In this document: positions 14,149 to 25,151 of the stretch, in pieces
Position numbering within the stretch: the first letter of the stretch is position 1
Layout of the letters: the number at the start of each line of letters is the position of its first letter
Source of the DNA: an uncultured delta proteobacterium
GTDB taxonomy: Bacteria > Myxococcota_A > Polyangia > Haliangiales > Haliangiaceae
NCBI GenBank assembly: GCA_963743525.1
Contig: CAVUQH010000004.1
Location: 416,001 to 480,000, forward strand
Direction: 5' to 3'
DNA: 64,000 nt
The notes under the pieces: model-generated
What the model was told of the DNA's origin: nothing
What the model saw: only the letters and a program-made list of their open reading frames with translations
Database searches by the model: none
Translations under genes and position numbers: made by a program

Positions 14149-15615
14149 ATGATCAACGGGGTCACGATCAGCTTCTTCCTGTTCCTCCTCGGCTACGTCG
14201 CCATCGGCGCCTACTCGGCGACCAAGCGATCGGAGACCGCGGACGACTACCTGCTCGCCAGCCGCAGCGTCCACCCGGTGCTGGCCGCGCTGTCATCGGT
14301 GGCCACCGACAACTCCGGGTTCATGTTCATGGGCCTGACCGGCAGCTGCTACATGACCGGCATCTCCGGCGCCTGGCTGATCGTCGGCTGGATCGCCGGC
14401 GAATGGGTCGCGTGGCTGTTCGTCCACCGGCGCCTGCGCGAGGGCTCCGAGCGAGTCGGCGCCAACACCGTGCCCGGCTACCTCGGCCACGGCATCGACG
14501 GCGGTCGCAAGGTCACCGCGCTGGCCGGCGCGGTCACGCTGTTCTTCCTCGGCATCTACTCGGCGGCGCAGCTGACCGCCGGCTCCAAGGCGCTGTCGCA
14601 CTTCCACATGCACCCGACCATGGGCGTGGTGCTGGGCGCTGCCATCGTGCTGGCCTACTGCTTCTCCGGCGGCATCCGCGCGTCGATCTGGACCGATGCG
14701 GCGCAGTCGGTGGTGATGCTGATCTCGATGCTGATCCTGTTCGCGGTCGCCGCCCACTACGCCGGCGGTCTGGGCGCGATGTGGGACGCCCTGGGCAGCG
14801 TCAAGGTCAAGGGCGCCGACGGCGCCATCACCTCGGCCCATCTGACCAACCCGATGCCGTCGTACCAGTTCGGCTTCGTCGCCTTCATACTCGGCTGGCT
14901 GGCCGCCGGCTTCGGCATGGTCGGACAGCCGCACATCATGGTCCGGGCGATGGCCATCGACTCGCCCGAAAGCGTCGCCACCGCGCGCCGGATCTACGTG
15001 GTCTGGTACATCGTCTTCGCCGCCGCGTGCGTCGGCGTCGGCCTCGCGGCGCGCGCGGTGATTCCGTGGGATCACGACGTCGGCCGGCACGCTGCCGCGG
15101 GCGTGCTGTCGGGCGACGCCGAGCTGGCCTTCCCCACCCTGGCCGGCGCGCTGCTCGGCCCGGTGCTGGTCGGCTTCATGCTCGCCGGTCTGTTCGCCGC
15201 CACCATCTCGACCGCCGACTCGCAGGTGCTGTCCTGCTCGGCCGCGCTCAGCCAGGACATTGCACCGGGCCTGGGCCAGACCTATCGCGGGGTCAAGCTC
15301 GCCACCGTGGTGGTCACGGCGGTGGCGCTCGGCATCGCCTTGTTCGGCGGCAGCGTGTTCCAGTACGTCACCTTTGCCTGGTCCGGGTTGGCCGCCACCC
15401 TGGGCCCACTGATGGTGGTCCGGGTCATGGGTTGGCGCATCACCACGCCGGCGGCGCTGGCGATGATGGCCGTCGGGCTGGCGACGGTGCTCCTGTGGAT
15501 CTTCGCGCTACATTTGAACGGCGCCGTCTACGAGGCGCTGCCCGGCATGGTTGCCGGGTTCGTCGTCTACGCCGGCTGGGCCGGCGTCACCGGAGGAATC
15601 CGCGAACGTGGCTAA
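14149..15615 (+). CDS. Sodium:solute symporter (PutP-like)
   Basis: About 13 hydrophobic segments; 'DYLLASR', 'SGFMFMGL', 'GGIRASIWTD..Q', 'GQPHIMVR', 'FAATISTADSQ'. Confidence 0.9.
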   Translation: MINGVTISFFLFLLGYVAIGAYSATKRSETADDYLLASRSVHPVLAALSSVATDNSGFMFMGLTGSCYMTGISGAWLIVGWIAGEWVAWLFVHRRLREGSERVGANTVPGYLGHGIDGGRKVTALAGAVTLFFLGIYSAAQLTAGSKALSHFHMHPTMGVVLGAAIVLAYCFSGGIRASIWTDAAQSVVMLISMLILFAVAAHYAGGLGAMWDALGSVKVKGADGAITSAHLTNPMPSYQFGFVAFILGWLAAGFGMVGQPHIMVRAMAIDSPESVATARRIYVVWYIVFAAACVGVGLAARAVIPWDHDVGRHAAAGVLSGDAELAFPTLAGALLGPVLVGFMLAGLFAATISTADSQVLSCSAALSQDIAPGLGQTYRGVKLATVVVTAVALGIALFGGSVFQYVTFAWSGLAATLGPLMVVRVMGWRITTPAALAMMAVGLATVLLWIFALHLNGAVYEALPGMVAGFVVYAGWAGVTGGIRERG

Positions 15616-15973
15616 GAAGCAGAACGAGCCGCCGGCCGACGCCGAGGCGCCGATCAGCGGGGAGGAGCTGGCCGAGCAGGCGATCGACGATCCCAAGGAC
15701 CACGAGCGCATCGAGGAGATGCTGAAGAAGCTCGATCCGGAGGAAGCGCGGATGTTCGCCGAAGCGCTGGCGCTGGTGCTGCGCAAGCGCCGGTGGATGC
15801 TGATCGGCTACGTGTGCACGCTGCTGGCGATCGTCGCCGGCACGGTGGTTGCGCTGTGGGTCTACGCCGGCCACCAGCAGGGGCAGTTCGTCGGCTGGGT
15901 ATTTCTCTTGCCGCCGGCAGCAGCGGCGGCGATCCTATGGGCCTTTGGTGCCCATGTACGCCGGATCAAATGA
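15608..15973 (+). CDS. Small two-TM membrane protein, hypothetical
   Basis: GGAGG before a GTG that overlaps the symporter end; acidic N-terminus and two hydrophobic helices. Confidence 0.65.
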   Translation: MAKKQNEPPADAEAPISGEELAEQAIDDPKDHERIEEMLKKLDPEEARMFAEALALVLRKRRWMLIGYVCTLLAIVAGTVVALWVYAGHQQGQFVGWVFLLPPAAAAAILWAFGAHVRRIK

Positions 15974-15986
15974 CCCGAAGGCGACC

Positions 15987-17234
15987 ATGCGAATCTGCTG
16001 CACGATCGGCCTGCTGGTCTTCGCCGCCGCGTGCGGCGGCAAGAACAGCGGCAACGGCGACGACGCGGCCGCGAGCGGCGACGCCACCCCGACCGCCGAC
16101 GCCAACCTCCTTGCCGACGCGCTAGAGCAGAGCTGCACGCCGGTCTCCGGCACCGACCTGGCGCTGGTACCGGTCGCCAGCGGGCTGACGAAGCCGGAGC
16201 TGGTCACCTCGCCGCCGGGCGACGGGCGCCTGTTCATCCTCGAGCAGCCCGGGCGGATCCGCATCGTCGAAAATGGTCAGCTGCTTCCGACGCCGTTCCT
16301 CGACATCACCGGCCCCGTCCGCGACACCGGCAACGAGCAGGGGCTGCTGGGCCTGGCGTTCCATCCCGACTTCGCCCGCAACGGCCTGTTCTACGTCAAC
16401 TACACCGCCGACAACCCGGCTGGCGACACGGTCATCGCCGAGTACCACGTGTCGGCCGCCGATCCCAACATCGCCGACACCACCCAGCGCCCGGTGCTCA
16501 CCTTCCACCAACCGTTCGCCAACCACAACGGCGGCAACATGCAGTTCGGCCCCGACGGCTACCTGTACATCGGCCAGGGCGACGGCGGCAGCGGCGGTGA
16601 TCCGAACGGCAACGGCCAGAATCCGGCCACCTTCCTCGGCGCGATGCTGCGCATCGACGTCGACCACGGCGACCCGTACGCCATCCCGCCGGACAACCCG
16701 TACGCGGGCAGCGCCAACGGCCCCGACGATCCGCGGCCGGAGCTGTGGGCAATCGGCCTGCGCAACCCGTGGCGCTGGAGCTTCGACCGGCAGACCGGTG
16801 ATCTATGGATCGGCGACGTCGGTCAGAACGAGGTCGAAGAGGTCAACGTCGCGGTCGGCAACCCGGCCGGACTGAACTACGGCTGGAACGTGGCCGAGGG
16901 CGACACCTGCTACAACGCGGCCACCTGCGACACCACCGGCTTCCACGCGCCGCTGGCGACCTACACCCACACGGGCGGCCTCTGCTCGATCACCGGTGGT
17001 TTCGTCTACCGCGGCAGCTGCATGCCCGACATCCAGGGCTGGTATTTCTACGGCGACTACTGCACCAACCAGGTGTGGGCGATCGACTCGCCCACCGGCA
17101 CGCCCACCGACGTGTCCACCAACCTCGGCACCAATGCGCTCGACGGCCTGTCGAGCTTCGGGCAAGACGCCCTCGGCGAGCTGTACGTCACCAGCCTGGC
17201 GTCGGGCGAGGTCTTCCGCATCGTCACCCAGTGA
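15987..17234 (+). CDS. PQQ-dependent sugar dehydrogenase (GSDH / glucose-sorbosone family) lipoprotein
   Basis: Lipobox AAAC; 'EQGLLGLAFHPDF', 'NHNGG...FGPDGYLY...GDGG', 'GLRNPWR.SFD', 'DVGQN..EE'. Confidence 0.9.
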   Translation: MRICCTIGLLVFAAACGGKNSGNGDDAAASGDATPTADANLLADALEQSCTPVSGTDLALVPVASGLTKPELVTSPPGDGRLFILEQPGRIRIVENGQLLPTPFLDITGPVRDTGNEQGLLGLAFHPDFARNGLFYVNYTADNPAGDTVIAEYHVSAADPNIADTTQRPVLTFHQPFANHNGGNMQFGPDGYLYIGQGDGGSGGDPNGNGQNPATFLGAMLRIDVDHGDPYAIPPDNPYAGSANGPDDPRPELWAIGLRNPWRWSFDRQTGDLWIGDVGQNEVEEVNVAVGNPAGLNYGWNVAEGDTCYNAATCDTTGFHAPLATYTHTGGLCSITGGFVYRGSCMPDIQGWYFYGDYCTNQVWAIDSPTGTPTDVSTNLGTNALDGLSSFGQDALGELYVTSLASGEVFRIVTQ

Positions 17235-18130
17235 CCACGGACGACACCATCGCGCGATCGCGCCGCGTCGACCTGGCCACCGGCCTCGGCTATCACCTGC
17301 TCGAGTGGGGCGGCGATGATGACAGCCGCGACCACACCGTGGTCATGCTGCACGGCTTCCTCGATCTGTCGTGGGGCTGGGTGCGCGCGGTCGAGCGCAG
17401 CCCGCTGGCCGAGCGCTTCCACGTCGTCGCCCCCGACTTTCGCGGCCACGGCGACTCCGACCGCGTCGGCGCCGGCGGCTACTACTACTTCATGGACTAC
17501 GTCGCCGATGTGGCGTCGTTGATCGAGCAGGTCGGCCGCGCGCGGGTGTCGCTGGTCGGTCACTCGATGGGCGGCAGCGTGGCCGCGTACGTCACCGGCA
17601 CCTATCCCGAGCGGATCCATCGGCTGGTCCTGCTCGAAGGACTGGGGCCGCCCGAAATGACCGGCGAGCTGCCGGATCGCGCCCGCACCTGGATCGCCGA
17701 CTGGCGCCGGGCCCGGGCCAAGGATCCGCGCGGCTACGCCGACCTCGCCCAGGCCGCCGCACAGCTGCAGAAGAACGACCCGTTGCTCGACGACGAGCTG
17801 GCCCGCTGGCTGGCGCTGCACGGAACCGTCGAGGGGCCGGACCACTTGCTGCGCTACAAGCACGATTCGCTGCACGTGACCCGCGGCCCCTACCCGTTTC
17901 GCGTCGAGGTCGCCGAGAGCTTCTGGCGGCGAATCACCTGCCCCGTGCTGCTGGTCGACGGCGCCGAGTCCACGTTCCGCGCGCGCGCCGAGGAATATCA
18001 ACGCCGTGCGGATATGCTCGCCGACGCCAGGCAGGCGACGATCGCCGGCGCCGGACATATGATGCAGCGGCACCAGCCGGCGGCGGTCGGCGCAGTCGTC
18101 TCCGAGTTCCTCGCGGCTCACAGCCCCTGA
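17231..18130 (+). CDS. Alpha/beta hydrolase
   Basis: 'LHGFLD', 'PDFRGHGDS', nucleophile elbow 'GHSMGG', 'GAGHMM'; GTGA overlap with the upstream gene. Confidence 0.9.
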   Translation: MTTDDTIARSRRVDLATGLGYHLLEWGGDDDSRDHTVVMLHGFLDLSWGWVRAVERSPLAERFHVVAPDFRGHGDSDRVGAGGYYYFMDYVADVASLIEQVGRARVSLVGHSMGGSVAAYVTGTYPERIHRLVLLEGLGPPEMTGELPDRARTWIADWRRARAKDPRGYADLAQAAAQLQKNDPLLDDELARWLALHGTVEGPDHLLRYKHDSLHVTRGPYPFRVEVAESFWRRITCPVLLVDGAESTFRARAEEYQRRADMLADARQATIAGAGHMMQRHQPAAVGAVVSEFLAAHSP

Positions 18131-18189
18131 CAAGGGGAATTTGCCGGGCTACCGGCCAGTTGCGGCGAGGAAGTGCTATAGGAGAGCCC

Positions 18190-21017
18190 ATGACCCGCCG
18201 CTATCTGATTCCGTTCGCTCTGGCCGCCGCGCTCGCCGCGTGCGGTGGAACCAACAAGCCGATCAACTGCCCGGTCTGCGCGCAGACCGCGGGCAACAAC
18301 GCCGGCAACGGCGCGACCACCGGCAACGCCGGTGCGACCGACGCCGCGTGGAAGAGCGGACCTCCAAAGAAGGTGACCACGGTCGAGGGGATCACCGAGT
18401 ACACGCTGGACAACGGCCTGCGCGTGCTGCTGTTCCCCGACGACTCGGAGGACAAGGTCACCGTCAACATCACCTACTTCGTCGGCTCGCGGCTGGAAGG
18501 CTACGGCGAGACCGGCATGGCGCACCTGCTCGAGCACATGATGTTCAAGGGCACGCCGACCCACGACGAACATCTGGAAGTCGCTGCAGGCGCACGGCGC
18601 CCAGTTCAACGGCACACGTCGTACGACCGCACCAACTACTTCGAGACCATGCCGTCCACCGACGAGAACCTGACGTGGGCGCTGGGCATGGAAGCCGACC
18701 GCATGGTCAACAGCAAGATCGCCCAGGAGGACCTGTCCAAAGAGTTCTCGGTGGTGCGCAACGAGTTCGAGATGGGCGAGAACAACCCGCTGCGCGTACT
18801 CGAGGAGCGGATCATCTCGGCGGCCTACCTGTGGCACAACTACGGCAAGTCAACCATCGGCAGCAAGAGCGACATCGAGCGGGTCCCGGCCAGCCGCCTG
18901 AAGACCTTCTACGAGAAGTACTACCGCCCCGACAACGCCATGCTGGTGGTCGCGGGCAAGTTCGATCCCAAGCACGCGCTGGATCTCGTCGGTCAGACCT
19001 TCGGCACGGTGGCCAAGCCGTCCACGCCGATCGAGGCCAGCTACACCGTCGAGCCGGTGCAGGACGGCGAGAAGGAGATCGTGCTGCGCCGCACCGGCGA
19101 CTCGCAGTACATCGGCGTCCTCTACCACGGGGTCGCCGGCGCCGATGCCGCCTTCGTGCCGATGTCGGCGGCGGCGGACATCCTCACGGTCGCCCCGTCG
19201 GGACGGCTGTACAAGGCGCTGGTCGAGAAGAAGCTGGCCACGCGGGTCTGGAACGAGGCCGACCCGCTGCGCGAGCCAGGCTACGTGCTGTTCTGGGCCG
19301 AGGTGCCCAAGGGCAAAGCGCTCGCTCCGGTGCGCGACAAGATGATCTCGATCATCGAAGGCCTGGGCAAGAGCAAGATCACGCCCGCGGAGGTCAATCG
19401 CTTCATCGCCAAGTCCGACAAGCAGATGGAGCTGTTCATGACCAGCAGCCAGCGGGTCGCCATCGCGCTGACCGAGTTTGCCGCGCTCGGCGACTGGCGG
19501 ATGCTGTTCGTCATCCGCGATCGCGCCGACAAGGTGACCGCCGATGCGATCGCCACCGCCGCCACCAACTACTTCAAGCAGCTCCAACCGCACGGTCGGC
19601 ATGTTCACGCCGATCGACGAGAAGAACATCGACCGCGCGCCGCTGCCCAAGGAGCCAGACGTCGTCGCCCTGACCAAGGACTACAAGGGCCGCGCCGACA
19701 CCAGCCAGGGCGAGGTGTTCGACGCCAGCTACGACAACATCGAGAAGCGCACCGAGCGCTACACGCTGAAGGGCGGCATGAAGGTGGCGCTCCTGCCCAA
19801 ACGCACCCGCGGCAAGAAGGTCGAGGGTCGCATCGGCGTCTACTTCGCCAACGAGAAGGCGCTCCAGGGCAAGACCACCGCCGCTGACCTGGTCGCCGAG
19901 ATGCTGATGCGCGGCACCAAGAAGCACAGCTACCAGCAGCTCAAGGACGAGCTCGACAAGCTCAAGGCGACGCGTCTCGATCGACTCGGCCAAGCCGGGT
20001 CTGGCGATGGTCAGCATCTCGACCACCCGCGACAACCTGCTGCCCGTCATCGACCTGGTCGCCGAGATGCTGGAGCAGCCGACCTTCCCCAAGGATCAGT
20101 TCGGGCTGGTCACCCAGGCGCAGCTCACTGATCTCGAGGGCCAGCTGCAGAACCCGCAGGCCCTGGCGATCAACCAGCTGCGCCGCACGCTGACGCCGTA
20201 CCCCAAGGGCGACGTCCGCTACGTGCCGACCATCGCCGAGCAGATCGCGCTGATCAAGAAGACCAAGGTCTCGGACCTGGCGCGCCTGCACAAGACATAC
20301 TGGGGTGCGACCTACGCCAAGGCCGCCTTCGTCGGCGACTTCGACTCGGCTCAGGTCAAGGGTGAGCTGGAGAAGGTCTTCGACGGCTGGAAGAGCGGCA
20401 AGAAGTACACCCGCATCGACCAGAAGTACATCGCCACCAAGGGCTCGGACAACGTCATCCGCACCCCGGACAAGAAGATGGCCTTCATCCTGGCGGCCAA
20501 GACCCTCAAGCTGCGCGATGACGATCCCGACTACCCGGCGCTTACCATGGTCGGCTACGTGCTCGGCGGCGGCGCATCGTCGCGCTTGCTCAACCGCCTG
20601 CGGCAGAAGGAGGGCTGGTCCTACGGCGCCTTTGGCGCGCTCCAGGCCGGCGCCCAGGACACCCTCGGCGCGCTGTTCGGCGGCGCCATCCTGGCCCCGC
20701 AGAACGCCGACAAGGGGATGGCGGCGATGCTCGAGGAGATCAAGCTGCTGTTCGACAAGGGCATCCCCAAGAAGGAGCTCGACGACGCCATCGCCGCCTA
20801 CCTGAAGGCGAGCAAGAGCAAGCTGGCCAACGACCAGTACGTGGTCACCCAGCTCGCCCGCGACCTGGAGATCGGTCGGACCATGGCGTTCGACGCCAAG
20901 CTCGACGAGCAGATCTCCAAGCTCACTCCGGAGGTCGTCCAGGCGGCGATCAAGAAACACCTGAACGCCGACAATCTGGCGCTGATCAAGGCCGGAGACC
21001 TCGCCGCCAAGAAGTAG
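18190..21017 (+). CDS. Large M16B zinc protease lipoprotein (PqqL-like, about 940 aa), interrupted by four apparent single-base indels
   Basis: Lipobox LAAC; 'GMAHLLEHMMFKGT' (HxxEH), 'SVVRNEFE', 'SSRLLNRLRQKEGWSYG'. The frame changes near 18568, 18614, 19579 and 19970, and the pieces (ORFs ending 19887, 20131, 21017) are collinear. Confidence 0.85.
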
Positions 21018-21037
21018 TGCGGTAACCTAAAGGCCCG

Positions 21038-23824
21038 ATGGGCCACCCGCTCGATCACCTACTGGGTAGCGCGGGGTTCCTCGATGCCGAGTTCACTCGC
21101 TGGCAGAGGGACCCCGCCTCGGTCGCTCCCGAGTACGCGGAGCTGTTCGAGAAGAGCGACGAGTGGGCAGCGCCGGCCTTTCTCACCGAGGAAGGCGGGC
21201 TGCCCGAGGGCCTGGAGCATCTGGATCCAGGCCTGCAGATCTACGACCTGGTGCACACCTACCGCGAGTACGGGCACCTGGTCGCCGACCTCGATCCGTT
21301 GGGGCGCCGGCCGCGCACCCACCCGTTCCTCGCCCACGGCGAGCTCGGCTTCGCCGAGTCGGACATGGATCGCACGGTCCACTGCGCCGGCTTCCACGGC
21401 CTGGTCACCGGCACGGTGCGCGAGTTCCTCGCGATCCTGCGCGAGACCTACTGCGGTCCGATCGGTGTCGAGTACATGGACATCGTCAACAAGGATCGCC
21501 GCGACTGGCTGCAGCAGCGAATGGAGCCGGTGCGCAACCGGCCCAAGCTGGAGCCCGAGCACCGCCGGCGGATCCTCGAACAGCTGGTCGCAGCCGACAG
21601 CTTCGAGGAGACACTGCAGCGGATGTACCCGGGCGCCAAGCGGTTCAGCCTGGAGGGCGGGACCACGCTGGTGACCCTGCTCCACGAGATGGCCGACGCC
21701 TGCCTGGAGGGCGGCGTCGAGCAGATGGTGCTGGGCATGCCGCACCGCGGGCGGCTCAACGTACTCGCCCAGTTCATGCAGAAGCCGCTGGCCTACATCC
21801 TCGCCGAGTTCGAGGGCCGACCGCTGGCTGCGCGCATCGAGGGCTACGGCGACGTCAAATATCACCTGGGCTACTCGTCGGACATCTCCGACGAGTGGGG
21901 GCGCTCGTTGCACCTGTCGCTGGCGTTCAACCCCAGCCACCTGGAGGCGATCGATCCGGTGGTGCTGGGCATCGTGCGGGCCAAGCAAGACCAGATGGGC
22001 GACAGCGCCCGCGTCCGAGTGGTCCCGGTGCTGCTCCACGGTGACGCCGCCTTCACCGGCCAGGGCGTCGTCGCCGAGACCTTCAACCTGTCGCGACTGC
22101 GCGGCTACACCACCGGTGGCACCGTCCACGTGATCGTCAACAACCAGATCGGCTTCACCACCGATCCGGAGGATTCGCGGTCAACGCCGTATGCCTCCGA
22201 TCTGGCCAAGATGATCCGCGCGCCGGTCTTCCACGTCAACGCCGACCACCCCGAGGCGGTGGCGCTGATCGCGCGCATCGCGCTCGAGTACCGGCAGGCT
22301 TTCCACGACGATGTCGTCGTCAACCTGGTCTGCTTCCGCCGGCACGGCCACAACGAGCTGGACGACGCCACCTTCACCCAGCCGCTCATGGTCGAGGCGA
22401 TCAACGATCACCAGGCGGTCTCGCGCATCTACGAGAGCAAGCTGGTACGCGGCGAGCTGGTAACCGAGACGCAGATCGACGACATCCGCGGGCGAGTCAA
22501 ACAGTCACTCAAGGACGCCCGCGACACCGCCAAGGAGATGCCCGAGCAACCGACGCAGACCCTGGGCGGCCTGTGGGACGGCATCGTGTCGTCAACCGAG
22601 GCGCCCAACGAGGTCGCCACGGCGACCACCGGCGACGCGCTGGAGCTGATCGCGCGCGGGCTCATGCGCGTGCCCGAAGGGTTCAACTGGCACCCGCGGC
22701 TGAAGAAGATCATCGAGCGGCGGACGGCGATGGTCCTGTCCGATGACCCGGCCGATCACCAGATCGACTGGGGCTGTGGCGAGGCCCTGGCGCTGGGATC
22801 GCTGCTGCTCGACGGCGTGCGCATCCGCTTCGCTGGACAGGACGCGTGTCGCGGCACCTTCAGCCACCGCCACGCGGTCTACACCGACATGAAGACCGGC
22901 CAGCGATTCACCCCGCTCGACAACCTGTCGGCCGATCAGGCGCCGCTCGAGATCGTCAACAGCCCACTGTCCGAGGCGGCGGTGCTCGGCTTCGAGTACG
23001 GCTACTCCAGCGCCGACCCGTGGAACCTGGTGGTGTGGGAAGCTCAGTTCGGCGACTTCGCCAACGGCGGGCAGGTGATGATCGATCAGCTGATCGCCAG
23101 CTGCGAGTACAAGTGGGGCCGCATGTCGGGCATCGTTCTGTTGTTGCCCCACGGCTACGAGGGCCAGGGCCCCGAGCACTCGAGCGCCCGGCTCGAGCGC
23201 TTTCTCGAGCTGTGCGCCGAGTCCAACCTTCAGGTCGCCAACTTCACCACCCCGGCGCAGTACTTCCACGCGTTGCGCCGGCAGATGAAGCGCCGCTTCC
23301 GCAAACCGCTGGTGGTGATGAGTCCCAAGAGCCTGCTCCGCCACCCGCGCGCGGTGTCGAGCCCCGACGAGCTGACCAACGGCCGTTTCCACACGGCCAT
23401 CGACGACTCGATCGACGACCGCGCGTCGGTGACCCGCGTGCTGCTCTGCTCGGGCAAGATCTACTACGCGCTCACTGAGGCGCGAGACCAGAAGAGCGTC
23501 GGCGGCTGCGCCATCGTCCGCGTCGAGCAGCTGTACCCGTTCCCCAACGCAGAGCTGCGCAAGATGCTGGCGGGCTACCCCAACCTGCGCGACCTGGTGT
23601 GGGTGCAGGAGGAGCCGCGCAACATGGGCGGCTGGCGCAACCTGCGCCACCTGCTCGAGCGACTGACGCCGGAGGGCGTCGCTCTCGAGTACGCCGGCCG
23701 CGACTCACGCGCGGCGACCGCTACCGGCGCCTACGAAGTGCACCAGCGGGAAGAAGAAGAGCTGGTCGACCGCGCCTTGACGCCGGGCGACCGACCGCTG
23801 ATCGTTCGCCGCAAGCAGGGCTAA
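21038..23824 (+). CDS. sucA: 2-oxoglutarate dehydrogenase E1 component
   Basis: 'GAKRFSLEG', 'GMPHRGRLNVL', 'GDVKYHLG', 'NPSHLE', ThDP motif 'HGDAAFTGQG...NNQIGFTT', 'WEAQFGDF', 'GPEHSSARLERFL'. Confidence 0.97.
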   Translation: MGHPLDHLLGSAGFLDAEFTRWQRDPASVAPEYAELFEKSDEWAAPAFLTEEGGLPEGLEHLDPGLQIYDLVHTYREYGHLVADLDPLGRRPRTHPFLAHGELGFAESDMDRTVHCAGFHGLVTGTVREFLAILRETYCGPIGVEYMDIVNKDRRDWLQQRMEPVRNRPKLEPEHRRRILEQLVAADSFEETLQRMYPGAKRFSLEGGTTLVTLLHEMADACLEGGVEQMVLGMPHRGRLNVLAQFMQKPLAYILAEFEGRPLAARIEGYGDVKYHLGYSSDISDEWGRSLHLSLAFNPSHLEAIDPVVLGIVRAKQDQMGDSARVRVVPVLLHGDAAFTGQGVVAETFNLSRLRGYTTGGTVHVIVNNQIGFTTDPEDSRSTPYASDLAKMIRAPVFHVNADHPEAVALIARIALEYRQAFHDDVVVNLVCFRRHGHNELDDATFTQPLMVEAINDHQAVSRIYESKLVRGELVTETQIDDIRGRVKQSLKDARDTAKEMPEQPTQTLGGLWDGIVSSTEAPNEVATATTGDALELIARGLMRVPEGFNWHPRLKKIIERRTAMVLSDDPADHQIDWGCGEALALGSLLLDGVRIRFAGQDACRGTFSHRHAVYTDMKTGQRFTPLDNLSADQAPLEIVNSPLSEAAVLGFEYGYSSADPWNLVVWEAQFGDFANGGQVMIDQLIASCEYKWGRMSGIVLLLPHGYEGQGPEHSSARLERFLELCAESNLQVANFTTPAQYFHALRRQMKRRFRKPLVVMSPKSLLRHPRAVSSPDELTNGRFHTAIDDSIDDRASVTRVLLCSGKIYYALTEARDQKSVGGCAIVRVEQLYPFPNAELRKMLAGYPNLRDLVWVQEEPRNMGGWRNLRHLLERLTPEGVALEYAGRDSRAATATGAYEVHQREEEELVDRALTPGDRPLIVRRKQG

Positions 23825-24297
23825 GCGGAGGCGACCGCGTCGCCCTCGTTGCCCTGCAGGTGCCGCTCGATCAGGCGCGCGAGCTCGGGAATCGCCTCGA
23901 TGACGTTGTCCTTCGCCTTGTCGCGCATCTTGAAGTAGTACTTCTTGGCGGTCTTGTGCTTGGTGGTCTCGGCGCGCACGTCGGTGACCTCGAGCAGGTC
24001 CTCGGCGACGTCGCCCGAGCGGGCGATCAGATACTCGGAGAAGCCACCCGCGGCGCCGTTCCACTTGACGTAGTACGGCTCGAGCTTGTCCAGCCAGTCG
24101 TCGAGCAACGCCTCGACGACCTCGCGCACGAAGCCGCGCTTGACCGTCTTGATGGCGCCGTAGGCACCCTTGAGGGCCACGCCCTTGAGGCCGCCCTTGG
24201 ACTTGACCTGGTTGTCGATCAGGGTGATGCACTCGGCGACCACGCGCGGGCGGGTCGGCTCGACGGCGATCTGCTCTCTCAGGGTAAGCTCGGGCAT
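23821..24297 (-). CDS. Conserved-looking helical hypothetical protein (DUF6918-like)
   Basis: 158-aa ORF with typical codon bias; 'LIDNQVKSKGGLKGVALKGAY..IK' pattern. Confidence 0.7.
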   Translation of the reverse strand: MPELTLREQIAVEPTRPRVVAECITLIDNQVKSKGGLKGVALKGAYGAIKTVKRGFVREVVEALLDDWLDKLEPYYVKWNGAAGGFSEYLIARSGDVAEDLLEVTDVRAETTKHKTAKKYYFKMRDKAKDNVIEAIPELARLIERHLQGNEGDAVASA

Positions 24298-24379
24298 CAG
24301 GCTGGTCTTTCTTTCAGATTGGCTTTCGCGGCCGGCACTCTAGCGGCCGGCCTCGCGGCTGTCGATAGCGAAACCGCGC

Positions 24380-24985
24380 TCACAGGTCCACACCCCAGCG
24401 GGTGCAGCGAACCTTCATCACCTTGCGGTCGCGCTCGGGCAGCCGCTCGCTGAACTCTCGAGCGTGGTCCACGTCACCGACGGCACATGACGTCGACACC
24501 CCGTAGCGAAGCATCCGCACGTTGCGCGGCTGGGATTTCAGCACGTCGAGCACCAGCTCGTGGGCGCTCGGATAATCGCCCCGGTCGTAGGCCTGCTGGA
24601 TGTCGGCCATCTGCTGCTTGGTCTCGTCGTCCGGTCCCGATCCCGAGGTCATCACCGACGCGGTCCCGGCCTGCAGCGGCCGGATCTCGGGCGGATCGAT
24701 CCGCCGGCGGACCTGCGGCTGGGGAGGATCCTCGGTGGAGGCCTCGGCCGGCTCCGGAGGACGCGTCGTCGTCCGCTCGACCCGAGGCGTCCGCGCGACC
24801 GGTGGATCCGGGCTGGGCGCCGGGTTCTGCGCCGCATTTCGCCGCTGGTACTCGGCCAGCGCACGCGCCTTTTCCTCGGCCGAAATCTCGGTCTTGGAGC
24901 CGCTCGACACCTGCAGGAGCAGGTACGCGACCAGTCCCAGCAGGCCGACGCCGGCCACAGCGATAACAATCCTCCGTACTTGCAT
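24380..24985 (-). CDS. Membrane-anchored hypothetical protein with a Pro-rich linker and C-terminal helical/Cys domain
   Basis: N-terminal TM helix, Pro-rich linker, C-terminus 'STSC...RC..WGVDL'. Confidence 0.65.
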   Translation of the reverse strand: MQVRRIVIAVAGVGLLGLVAYLLLQVSSGSKTEISAEEKARALAEYQRRNAAQNPAPSPDPPVARTPRVERTTTRPPEPAEASTEDPPQPQVRRRIDPPEIRPLQAGTASVMTSGSGPDDETKQQMADIQQAYDRGDYPSAHELVLDVLKSQPRNVRMLRYGVSTSCAVGDVDHAREFSERLPERDRKVMKVRCTRWGVDL

Positions 24986-25151
24986 GACTTCCGTTGGGCC
25001 TTGCCCCCCCATTGAATACCACGGTCGCCGGACCGGGCCAGAGCCGCGATGACGGTTGACGAAGGGTCGCAAATCAACGAACGTCCGCCAAGTAAGTACA
25101 CGAAACTACATCGTGAACCTTGCCGCAGTCCACGGGGGACTGACCACCTCG

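Noticed and set aside
18560..19980. Programmed ribosomal frameshifting in the M16 gene
   Set aside because: There are no slippery heptamers at the shift points, and four shifts including a compensating pair fit sequencing error better.
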